64,000 bases of DNA from Epithemia pelagica (lineage: Eukaryota > Protista > Bacillariophyta), in contig OX337238.1 of assembly GCA_946965045.2 (NCBI GenBank), positions 2,604,001-2,668,000 of the forward strand, written 5' to 3'. Below are positions 31,121-41,681 of this stretch, piece after piece (within the stretch, counting starts at the first letter, position 1; each line of letters begins with the position of its first letter). A program made the translations under genes and the position numbers. The notes beneath the pieces were generated by a model. That model saw only the letters and a list, made by a program, of their open reading frames with translations, did no database searches and was not told the DNA's origin.

Positions 31121-31618
31121 GTTTTGGGTCTGTGTGTTCTTCCGAATTACACACTTCCCTTTTATCGTCCTGTTGTGTGCTGCTGGGGGAACAAAAGGAC
31201 TCATGAACAACAACAACACACCAACACCGAAAGCGGTAATGGACACGATCCGCACCATGCTATGTCTACGCCACATAGCCAAGGCACGGGTTGTTTGTTC
31301 CCGCACAACAAAGGGAAATCTGACGAGTCGCATATGGATCGCCGTGGAGTGTTTGTCGATTGTCGGCACGCACACCTATCTTGCTCTTTGGACGGCGCGC
31401 GATCGTCTCCAACGGATTTCTCACACACGCGCCAAGTAGTGCCCCATAGTCAAAGACGTTCTGTGGACGAGATGTACTCCCTTCTTCCATGGCTTCATGA
31501 GCGCATGGCGAGATTCCAACGACCAACGACCGATTCGGAACCTGATATCAAGGTTGTGAGCGATCCAGCAAAAGGGGAAGCATTCGATTCATCTCTATAT
31601 GGAAACAAAACAACCAAG

Positions 31619-33395
31619 ATGGCGGCACCAGGACAATGGCACTACTGTCGGTGGCTACTCTCGCTCGTTGGGATTGGCTTGACAGGTGCAACGACTCCAT
31701 TACCATCATCATCATTGGATCCGCACACGGCTGCCCAGCGCCTCATCGAGGCACTGAGTGTCGTCGCACGAGGCGAAGCAACTCAAGTGAAAGATGATGG
31801 TAGTCTCGACCAGGAGATGCAACTCGTCTTTGGTTCAGAATGGTCGCAACAACAAAAACAAAAACAACAGCCAATGAAGCACGACGAGAACGACAATCAG
31901 AACGACTCGACCATTGACACTCGACTGTTCAAGGACCGAGATGACACGTTTTATGCCGATCGCTATGTGGCGGACATGCTCGAAATCCTCCACGATCCCG
32001 ATTGTATGAGTGGATCGTTGGATGCCTCGTCGGCTGACTTTGACAAGCAACAAGTCGTTCAACGTTTGAAAAAATGCGGCTTGGTCCATGTGCAACATGC
32101 CATTTCCCGGCAGATTCTGGAACCCTACAAAAAGAATGTCACGTCCTACATGAAGGGTCTCATGAATGGGCGTATTTCGAGCCAGGGAAAGACCACGTTT
32201 GGGGAAAACTACTTTATTCACGAAACGAGTCGGCATCGCTACGATCTTTGCTTTCCACCCGATTTATTGAATGAAGACGTCATGGCTCACCCCCTCATTC
32301 TCGATGTCGTGTCAGATCGGCAAATGATTGGGTACGTATCTGTGTGCAATGTCATGACATGGTAAGCTATTTCTGGTAATGACTTGCCTTATTTTACTCT
32401 TCCGTTTGATTTGCAGTGAACATGTGATTATGCAGGATTTTGGAGCCGTCGTATCGGAGCCTGGTTCGGAATTGCAGCATTGGCATGTCGACGATGAAAT
32501 TTTTGAATCTCTCTTTGATACCCACGGTTTGGCCGGTCACGATCTGCCACCCTTTTCGATTGGTGTCATGATTCCCCTCTTGAATACCACGATTCGACAT
32601 GGACCCACCGAATTTTGCATGGGTCGAAATGCCGTGAATCGCATCCACAAGTTTCCCCAGTTTCGCAACCAAACCCTCCGACAAGTCTACCTCGATGCCC
32701 TGGCGTATTGGAATCGTGAAGATTGTCCCCCTCGATTTTTACGAACACCGTTACCACAGTTTGGAGACATGCTCTTGTTCTTTTTCAATACCATGCACCG
32801 TGGAGGGGAAAATTTCAGCCCCGACGTTCGAACTGTCTTGTATCAAACCTATGTCCAACCCTGGTTTCGCGATGACAATTTCAATCATGAAACTATCAAA
32901 GAGTTTGGATCCGATCCCTATTTGGAAGACTTGTTTGCTCATGTTCGAGCGGCCGTGCCGGATCATTACAGGATGGACGAGGAGTCAGAGGAACCAGAAG
33001 ATGCGTCATTAGAGTACCAGTTTGACGATTTGGAACGCATGGGAACCTTTGAACCCCCCGGTGGTCACGCCGCAGAGGACAACACCAGCAATTCCACCCA
33101 CAAACGACATGAAATCATGGTGAGCAATGTCAATGTCGAATTGCAACACTTGAAACTGTGTTTTGTATCGCCCATCCAGAATAGTAGTAGTATCCACCCA
33201 ACCAACAAGACTGAAAGTGACGACAAGGAAGATTGTTTGGAGGCTCCTCCCCTCGGGCATGGCAGGCTAGTGAATGCGTACGCAGGAGAAGTCATGCAAG
33301 TGGTACAACATCATCCCGAGCATGTTATTCTCAAATCGTGGACGATTCAAGGCAGTGAACAACTCTTTCTCGCCTACATGTACTTCGACCAGTGA
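31619..33395 (+). CDS. PhyH-like 2OG-Fe(II) dioxygenase, two exons join(31619..32331,32417..33395); start uncertain
   Basis: GG|GTACGT...TTGCAG|T intron (85 bp) joins the two ORFs in frame (...RQMIG-EHVIMQD...). QHWHVD, GPTEFCMG, GDMLLF...HRGGENFS..RTVLY motifs. The ATG at 31619 opens a signal-peptide-like stretch; an in-frame ATG at 31262 is an alternative. Confidence 0.8.
32332..32416 (+). other. Spliceosomal intron
   Basis: GTACGT donor, pyrimidine tract, TTGCAG acceptor; removal restores the frame. Confidence 0.85.
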
Positions 33396-34056
33396 CATGA
33401 GGACGACGCCGAGGACCCAAACTGTCGGTCCATGATGGTGTCATCACAAGGCAGATAGATAATCCTAACGACAACATGTCCATATAAAGAAACGTCTTCG
33501 ATAGAAAGTCCATTGCGGATTGTGGACACCATGCGCGGTGGTGCTGCGCTGTGACGGAGATCGTTCTTGTTTGTACGGGACAGGTGACAGTCTATGGAAA
33601 TGAAGGTAGCTTTTTCCCAGAGGAGAGCGCCTCTCCGTGTCAAGTGCTCGTCCAGTCCTTCTGTGAGTCGTCCACGCTCGTCGATTCTCGACCCGAAACA
33701 CACTCCATGCCTACCTTGTACCACGAAAAGGGAACGTCGATCATGATACAACCATGTATTCTGTATCCCTAATCTCTTCCTTTGTAGATTCGTTAGGACC
33801 GTATGTATATAGGTAGTTTATTGTAAGAATCTCGCTACTCCCTGCGAACTATGGTGTTGGTATCGTCCCCCTATTCTTTGGCTCTATTCGGCATGTATGT
33901 ATGTATGTATGAAAAAATCCCCTGGTTTCAAATATCTATTGTTACCCATGGACGCACGTTCACCCACACCCTGCGAAACGGACCGATTGGTGCCTCATTT
34001 TCCCCGATTCGTGTGCTGTGTTGTGGATGCTGCTGGTTGGTGGCAGTTGTATAGTT

Positions 34057-34676
34057 TTACATGGACGCTCGTCGTCGTTGTTGTCGTCGCAGACTATCGT
34101 GGTGGCTGCTGCCGGGACTGTGGCCCTTGAGAATACCAGCCAAGGCATTGGTCAAGATATACTTGTTGCTGGGCAAGGGTTTGAGCATAAAGGCATGGGC
34201 CCCGGCCATTTCAAATTCTTCTTGCAACCACTGCGACGACAAGCCACACACGATTGTTTGTTTCGTGTTGTTGTTGTTGTGGTTGTGGTGATTGCGCAAG
34301 AGGAGATCGTGCAACTGCGGGACCGTTTCAATGCCGAGCAATTTGCGATCGGCCGAACTGCTCAAGTATTGATCAATCAAAATCAAATCAAAGGGACGGC
34401 TGTTCTTGGCAACCGTGGATGATTGGTGGGCGGCGGCCGCCACCAAGTCAAGGGCCGTTTCCCCATCGGGAGCTTCCTTGATTTTCCATGTGGGTTCGAC
34501 GTTTTTGAGTAAGCGTTTCATGAGTTTGCGCAACAAGTCATCACTTTCCACCAACAAGACATGGAGGTGTTGCGGCAAGGGACTATTGCTAGTGTTGTTG
34601 GTATTGGGGTGGTGGTGGTCCGAGGATGGAGAATTTCCCACTGGCAGGGTGGGTGTACTCGATTGTTGTTGTTGCA

Positions 34677-34733
<57 letters not shown>

Positions 34734-35060
34734 GGAGTTTGCGATGTTGATTGAAATCTGGACACTGGGAGACGATTTTGCCCACTCGTGGTGGGTGTTG
34801 GTGTTGGCGTCGTGGTTGTTCGGGCAAGTCCGCTTGGGAGGTGGCATGCTTCTGGTCTCCCCACAGCAAAAAGGACGAAGACGAAGAAGTAGTGGTAGTA
34901 CTACTACGAGTCGTACTGGAACTGAACACTGTATCGACCGTTTCCTTGGTGGCGGTAGAAGTGGGCGACAAGGACCCTTCGTGCGATTGCTGGTGTTGTT
35001 GTTTCCAATTGGATCCCATGGAGGCCCTCCGTTGTCGTCGTGATGGTTGTGGTGGTTGAA

Positions 35061-35099
<39 letters not shown>

Positions 35100-36081
35100 A
35101 TGGTAATGAGGATTCGTCCTTGTCCAAACTTGAACAAGTGGTGGACCCGATGGAGACTTGGCGAGCTCTTGGTCGTCGTTGTGGTGGTTCGGATGGAGCA
35201 GTATTTGGTACGGTTGTCAATGGTGACGATGATAATGATACTGTTTGGGTGTGGTTGTTTTGGTGGTCCGGATTCGTGTCTTGGTGCTTGGATGCCCAGA
35301 CAGGATTGGTCATGGTAGTGGTGTTGGTGGGGAAACAGGATCCCATGGAAGCTCTTCGTCGTGGTTGTCGTCGGCTCGTGGTTGTCGTGGTGGTAGCAGT
35401 AGCAGTTGTGGTGGTGGGTGTCGGTGGCAACGTCGAGGATGCAGCGTTGCAATGGCCGGGACTTGGAGGAGGAGAATCCTTGGTGGATTGGTTACTACTA
35501 CTACTAGTATTGTTGGTTCGGTCCACCAGAGGACGGGAGGAGGAGGAGTGGCTTGTGGTGGTGGTAGTAGTGGTAGTGGCTTCACGAGGTGACGTCCACA
35601 CGGAGAAGGGCGAAAAGCACGATATGGTAGAAGTGTTGGTGGTAGTGGTGGTTCCCATGGATCGTCGTCGAGGAATGCGTCGTCCTGGTGTTGTGGTTGT
35701 TGTTGTTGTGGTTGGTGTTGTTGTTGTCGTTGGTGGTGGTGGTCGTGGTGGCAACAAGAGGGATGAGGACGACACTGAGGGAGTCGCAGATGGATTCGTT
35801 TCTTGTTGTTCCGTCCGTTCGATACTGGCAATGCCCACACCACTGCCATGCATGGAAGCTCGTCGACGGCGTTGTCTTCTTGGAGATGATGATGATTGCT
35901 GTGACTGTGGTTGTTGTGGTTGTGATAGTTTGGGATCCATCGAGGAAGAGGATTTGTGGCGCCAATCCAACAACCAGGAAGCGGTCGTCGTCGTTTCGCT
36001 GCTAGTGTTATTGTTAGTTTCGGTTGACGACAAGAACTTGCGTCGTTGGATGCGTGGAAATCGTTGATGAATCATCATCAT
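34057..36081 (-). CDS. Response-regulator receiver-domain protein with long low-complexity N-terminus and repeated RRxS(M)G motifs (674 aa)
   Basis: C-terminal HVLLVESDD...APDGETAL...FDLILIDQYL...GIETV...VCGLS...AGAHAFMLKP is a receiver fold with the phospho-acceptor Asp and Lys present; poly-Q/N/T tracts. Confidence 0.85.
34666..34733. repeat. (GTT)n microsatellite encoding poly-Q; a second tract at ~35061-35098 encodes poly-N
   Basis: Directly visible trinucleotide runs. Confidence 0.95.
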
Positions 36082-36321
36082 GGTTGGGTTTGCCTCGATT
36101 CTCTCTATTGCAAAAACAAACGACCAACCAATGAATGAGTCCAGACTGTCCCTACAAGTTTCCCCGCTCGGTTAGTGAAGGTCCAAAACTGTCCGGCCGT
36201 CGGGTCATTTGTCTGGTACGAATTGGAAGCAGTCATTTATTTTCTATAGTAGTGTACTGATTCGTACTTACAATCGTTTTAATCGTAGAGACCATTGACA
36301 TTTTTTGGTGGCGTGGGACTA

Positions 36322-36434
36322 TACCCCCTAGCGTAAGGATGAGTCCTGGTCGTGAATGAGAGAGGGTGCATTCTGAGTAACAGATTGCACACACCGTCAT
36401 TCACGACCAGGACTCATCCTTACGCTAGGGAGTA
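36322..36434. mobile_element. 113-bp hairpin MITE (Mutator-like geometry)
   Basis: 38-bp TIRs with one mismatch (34-bp perfect core 36326-36359 / 36397-36430); flanking 9-bp direct repeats GTGGGACTA / GTGGGACCA. Confidence 0.75.
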
Positions 36435-36849
36435 GTGGGACCACAGATTCGTTCCCCCCAAAGATTCTCTGCTACCTGCTACCTGCTTCTACGATGACAA
36501 CAACATAGTACTCCTAGCTCCTAGCTACCAAACAACACACCAACCAAACAACCACACCAACCAAACAACCACACCACACAGCAAACCGCAGAACCAAACA
36601 CCACCCACAACAAAAGAACGGACCGTCCACATACGAACAAGGTCGTCTCCCACGCACGACACAACACAACACAACACGACAACCACATCATCCTATTAAT
36701 CCAAGAGAATACTAAAAATACTAGGATGGTGCGGACACGGTTCGATTCTTCGGTCCTGGTACACCGTGGTTGAGAGCGATTACCGAAAAGTCTGAGATTG
36801 CAGCGACCGACGACGATTCACAAACCACCCACAAATCGCACCACCAACC

Positions 36850-38158
36850 ATGCCACGAGGACGCAAAAAGGCACCACCCCCCGCATCAGTACCACCACCA
36901 CCAGCCGTCAACCAGTTGGCCGTGCTGCAACAAGCGGCCGCCTCGGGTCTCGTTGTGGGGCATGGTGACACGGATTCCGCCGTTGTCACGTGGAACCGCA
37001 CCGACTGGCCACCCCTGTTGGGTGGATGGCGTCGATGGCATACCTCCGTCGTGGTGCACCATTCTCCTTCGGAACAAGCACCACAAACCTTTGTGGTGGT
37101 CTTGGGTGGTACCAAACAATCCGAAGGCTGTTCCAGTTCCGTCTTGGTCTTGCCGGTTCCAACGACGACACCACCACAACGACCGCAACACTGGCGTCTC
37201 GGTCCGTCGCTCGCCACACGACGCGCCGGTCATGCCGCCGTGGTGTGTCGCAATCACGTCTATGTCGTTGGTGGTGAATCGGGATTTGCTCGCATGGCCA
37301 GTTTGGAATGCATTGCCATTGCCGACTTGGTATCCGATGAGACGCAGGCAGCACCTCCCCCACGTCGTCGACGACGACGACGAGGTCGACCCAACTCCAC
37401 CGTCGTTCCCGTGGCGCAGCATGAGGACGACGACGATTCCGACTCGTCATTATCGTCGTCGTCATCATCGTCAACCCTCACCACGTCGAGTACTTTACGG
37501 CCCGGCTGGACGACCTTGTCGTGCGCATTGACGACGAAACGCTTGGGCTGTGCGGCGGCGGCCGTCTTGGATCGCTACCTGGTCGTGGCCGGAGGCATTG
37601 ATCAATTGTATCTGTCGAGTGTCGAACTTGTCGATACCCACACCCACACCATTTATCCGGGACCCGCACTCCAGTATGCCCGGTGCAGCAGTGGCATGGC
37701 CGTCGTCGACGACTGCCTGTACATGGTGGGAGGCGTGGGCAATGGATTCTTGGCCTCGGTGGAATCCTTGCAATTGAATACCACCAATCCCCACAATTCA
37801 AACAATTCGACGACCATTTCATCCATCTTTTCCAATCCGTGGCGCCTTCAAGTGGGTTGGACCTTGCCCATTCCCCGCAACGAACATGCCGTGACTCGTC
37901 TCGGATCGTGCATCATTGTCGCGGGCGGTTTTGAAAAACGCGAATCGCCGTCGTCGACCGTCGTCGTCTTGGATACCCAGCGACGCGTCGTTTGGGAATT
38001 GCCGTCCCTTTCCATGCCCCGCTTTCGCAGCAGTTTGGTGGCCGTGGCGGGTCAATTGGTGGTGTTGGGTGGCAGTACCCAAGCCTCGTGCGAAACCTTG
38101 CCCATTGGCTGCCAAAACGAACAACAAGGAGACGCAATAACAACCACGACAGGAACCC

Positions 38159-38190
<32 letters not shown>

Positions 38191-39042
38191 GGACGGGCAT
38201 CCTCCCTGGTCACGCACCACCATCCAGACAACGACGACAACGACTTTGCTCCGCAGTCCCTACTTCCTCATCCCCACACGACCCCGAAACGCCGAAAACG
38301 ACGCTTGCCCCTTACCACTGGTACTGGTACCCACGCGCAGGACCATGCGGGGGAACCGAATCCCCGCACGGGACACGAGGACCCCATTCGCATTCCAAAT
38401 GCCACAACAACCACTCCAACCACAACAACCACCAGACCACGACGGCACTCGGTGCCGCCGCCGCAACCCATGGAACCCGTGCGGCAAAATGACAACGACG
38501 AAAACGACGAGGACGACGACGAGGGCACTGGTGGGACCAGCAGGACGGTGATCCCTCTAGGAACCAGCACACTCCCACCACCACCATCACCCCCTCCAGC
38601 CGGAGGAGGAATCCATCCAGTACCACTGGAACCAATACCACTGGTGGTGGACGAACAACAAGACCAGAAGCCACATGCGGCATGTGCCCCCCATCATCCT
38701 CCTCCTCATGACACGACTCCCCTGGCCGGCACCACAGAAGGACTTGTTGTGGAACGAGGAGGAGAAGCCACCACCACTGCCGATGCCTCCGTCGTGCAAC
38801 GATTGCAACGCGTAGAGTCACGGTTGGATCGTCTCGAACAACAAGTGGCCAATTTGATTCAAATGGTTCACGACCAGGAATCGTCCCACCAGCACAGTGG
38901 GGAACTCGTCATGGAAAACCTCATCATTTTGAATCAGCAACTGCAGCAAGGCGTCTTATGGAACAACGACGCTCCCCGCACCACCAATACCACAAGGACG
39001 ACGAATGGCAACAACCATAAGACCAATACGAGGGACTCGTAG
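36850..39042 (+). CDS. Divergent Kelch protein K6 with low-complexity inserts and C-terminal coiled coil (730 aa)
   Basis: LQQAAASGL...WNRTDWPPLLGGWRRWHTSVV family motif, Kelch repeats, poly-Q/T/D, C-terminal VVQRLQRVESRLDRLEQQVANL heptads. Confidence 0.88.
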
Positions 39043-39166
39043 AGTGTATACGATACCGAACGAGGAGCGGATACTATTCCATGAGTGGGGGGAATGGGTA
39101 TCCATTCCTACTGCCTAGTATAGCAGAGGTTGGTTGCACCGAGAGGATGGAACTCTGCTTCTAAGA

Positions 39167-39663
39167 TCATCATGGTTGCGCGCCTAAAACACTACTCCTA
39201 GATACTCCTACTACTACTAGGAGTACCACAAAACTAAACAACGTGTTTTACCACATTGGGTAGACAACCTAGCATGGCGATCCATCTGCGACCTAGAAGA
39301 TTTTCGGTTCTTCTTCCGAATGGCGAACAACCCGTGCCTTCGCAATGGCGTGTCTATGTGGATCGTATCCATTGCCGTTTTGGGTATTGTTGTTGTTGTT
39401 GTTGTGGATCACACTCCTTTTTGTTCCCCCAGGAGTAGCACACACCAGGACAATACAAGAAGGCAAGTGTGTGTGATTCAGAAGAACACACAAACCAAAA
39501 CCGTATATCATCCGAGACTCTCGTCTCTGTTTTGCTGCATGGCACTAAACCACGAATAGCCTCCTATACAAGAGATTGATTCTCTTTTTTGTTGGGCACA
39601 GGCACACAAAAACAGTCTCACGAAGAAACCACAACTTTCATTCAGACGAAGTAACGTACAATC
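39167..39663. repeat. Kelch-to-arrestin intergenic segment, paralogous to 27890-28081+31121-31370 (inverted), 49755-49894+50890-51070 and 62345-62475
   Basis: Shared blocks CCACATxGGGTAGACAACCTAGCAT, GATCCATCTGCGACC, TTGTTCCCCCAGGAGTAGCACAC, GTATATCATCCGA. Confidence 0.85.
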
Positions 39664-41478
39664 ATGGGTGTGGAATTTCGCATTCTCTTTCCCGACAAGC
39701 CAACGTTGGAAACACCACAACAACAACCACCGCAAGTCGTTGTGCAAGCCGGTGAATCCTTGCAAGGATTTGTCGTGCTGATTGTCACAGACGACAAGGG
39801 TGTCAAGGCCTCGGCTTTGGATGTGACCTTTTACGGCAAGGAACAAACTGAAGTGCGTTATACCCAAACGGAAGGAACGGGCAAAGATTCTCGTACCGTC
39901 ACCAAGACGGCTTATTCTCATCGCCGTATTTTGAAAAGCAAATTGCCCATGGCATCCCTGGCATCCACCATCTTTGAAACTGCCCAAAATGATGGCGAAG
40001 AAGAGGACGAGGAGGATGCCATGCAGGAAAGCAATACGGGAATGAAAAACAAAATTCGCATCCCTCCTGGCAAGTATCTAATTCCCTTTGCCTTGGAACT
40101 ACCCGAATCGATCCCTGGCAGCTTTTGTTACGACGACCCTTCGGACGGGAAATGCGAAATTCGTTACTACTTCAAGGTGATTCTCAAAGGATCCGGTCGA
40201 ATGTGGAACTACAATACGGAAGAAACCGTTCATGTCAAGAGTCGCAAGCAAACGAGAAATTCTGCAGACAAGCAACAAGACACCATTCCCTACGATGCAC
40301 CACCCGTGAATGAAACCATTCGATCGTGTTGTTTTCCCATGGGAAGTATCTCTCTCGGGGCACGGTTAGACGATACGCAAGTCCACAAGGGTCAAGAATG
40401 TCGCGTCAATGTTTCATGTCGCAATCACTCTGCGGCTGAGATTGATTCAGTACGGGCCACCTTGCGACAAGAATTCAAATGGAAAGCCGGGAGTCATCGA
40501 GCGCGAGGGATGCAATCCATCTTATCCATGGACTTTACCCAACCGTTGCTCCTACAAGGCAGTTTGGCGACACAAAGCAAGGCTTTGCGACAAACTCAAG
40601 ACATTTCATCGGAATTACGAGAAATGTTTCGCGAAGTCAACAAGGCTCAGAATTCTGCAACCTTTACCATTCCCCGCGAGTACGGCGAATCTGCCATGAG
40701 CAACAACAATAAGGCTGTACGAATGTTGTGTACCTACTCTAGTGGCCTTATCACCATATCACATCGTCTGGAACTGGAAGTATTAACATCTGGTTGTTGT
40801 GTTACGAATCCATCTCTCCTCATTCCCATGTTGGTAGAAGAAGAACCTGCGAATCAAGATGCAGCGCAAGTCGAGGCAGAAGTGGAAGTTGACCCTTCCG
40901 GACAAGCTTCGTATGTTCCACCACAATATGAAGATGCCATTCAAGCGCCTGTCATTTATGTTCCAAGTTCCCATGTGACCATGGGTGGTACCAAAGTAGA
41001 TGGTGCCGCCGAAGATCCAGACATTGAAGTAGATGTACAAGTTCCATCGGATGTTGAGGCACAGCCACCTTCTCTGAAAATACTACTCAAGGAAATGTCG
41101 GAATCCGTGGCCGATTGGGATATCATTCAACGCAAACTCCAGGATCCCGACTGGGATACCATTTTTGCCACACTCACGCCCAATCACTACGCCCTCGTTT
41201 TACAGCAGGTGGCATTGGATTTCGATCAACCCAAAATTGCCGCTTCTCTTGCACAAACACTACAACAACAAGGTGCCGATTCTTCAGGCTTTACCTGTGC
41301 CCATGTGGTGGCTGCGTTGAACGTGGCTTCGGAATGGAATCGAGCGACAGTGGTAGAAAAAACCATTTCGTATTGTTCCGATTTGGTAACCAACCATGAT
41401 CAGATTCTTTCTCAGTTGACAGACTGGGAGAAGTTGGTGACCGAACGTGCCTTTGCCAAAGCATTAGATGAAAACTAG
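39664..41478 (+). CDS. Alpha-arrestin-like protein (Arrestin_N/C folds, PPxY motif, extra C-terminal helical domain; 604 aa)
   Basis: QAGESLQGFVVL...VTFYGKEQTEV; PPGKYLIPFALELPESIPGSF...EIRYYFKV; ITISHRLELEV; YVPPQY. Confidence 0.88.
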   Translation: MGVEFRILFPDKPTLETPQQQPPQVVVQAGESLQGFVVLIVTDDKGVKASALDVTFYGKEQTEVRYTQTEGTGKDSRTVTKTAYSHRRILKSKLPMASLASTIFETAQNDGEEEDEEDAMQESNTGMKNKIRIPPGKYLIPFALELPESIPGSFCYDDPSDGKCEIRYYFKVILKGSGRMWNYNTEETVHVKSRKQTRNSADKQQDTIPYDAPPVNETIRSCCFPMGSISLGARLDDTQVHKGQECRVNVSCRNHSAAEIDSVRATLRQEFKWKAGSHRARGMQSILSMDFTQPLLLQGSLATQSKALRQTQDISSELREMFREVNKAQNSATFTIPREYGESAMSNNNKAVRMLCTYSSGLITISHRLELEVLTSGCCVTNPSLLIPMLVEEEPANQDAAQVEAEVEVDPSGQASYVPPQYEDAIQAPVIYVPSSHVTMGGTKVDGAAEDPDIEVDVQVPSDVEAQPPSLKILLKEMSESVADWDIIQRKLQDPDWDTIFATLTPNHYALVLQQVALDFDQPKIAASLAQTLQQQGADSSGFTCAHVVAALNVASEWNRATVVEKTISYCSDLVTNHDQILSQLTDWEKLVTERAFAKALDEN

Positions 41479-41681
41479 TTTATTTTGTTATACTTGTTCT
41501 TTCCGTAATATTGCCTCATGCACAATTATAACTGTCTTGGATGGAATTGGAGTGTGATGAAGTTGACGATGGAACTATGTCCACAGTGCTTTTCATCTTT
41601 GGACTAATTCTGTTCTTGGTCACTGTCATTGGTCACTGTCAATCACTGGAAGGTCTCGATTGCAGGCCGTGACATAATCTG

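Noticed and set aside
36530-36690. CA-rich short tandem repeats (CAACCAAACAACCACAC) upstream of K6
   Set aside because: Ordinary low-complexity 5' flank or UTR; no structure beyond 2-3 units.
34254-38821. Many long antisense or alternate-frame ORFs (e.g. 35063..36067 poly-V/L, 34406..34750 poly-C)
   Set aside because: Shadows of CAA/GTT-rich low-complexity coding DNA, which lacks stops in other frames.
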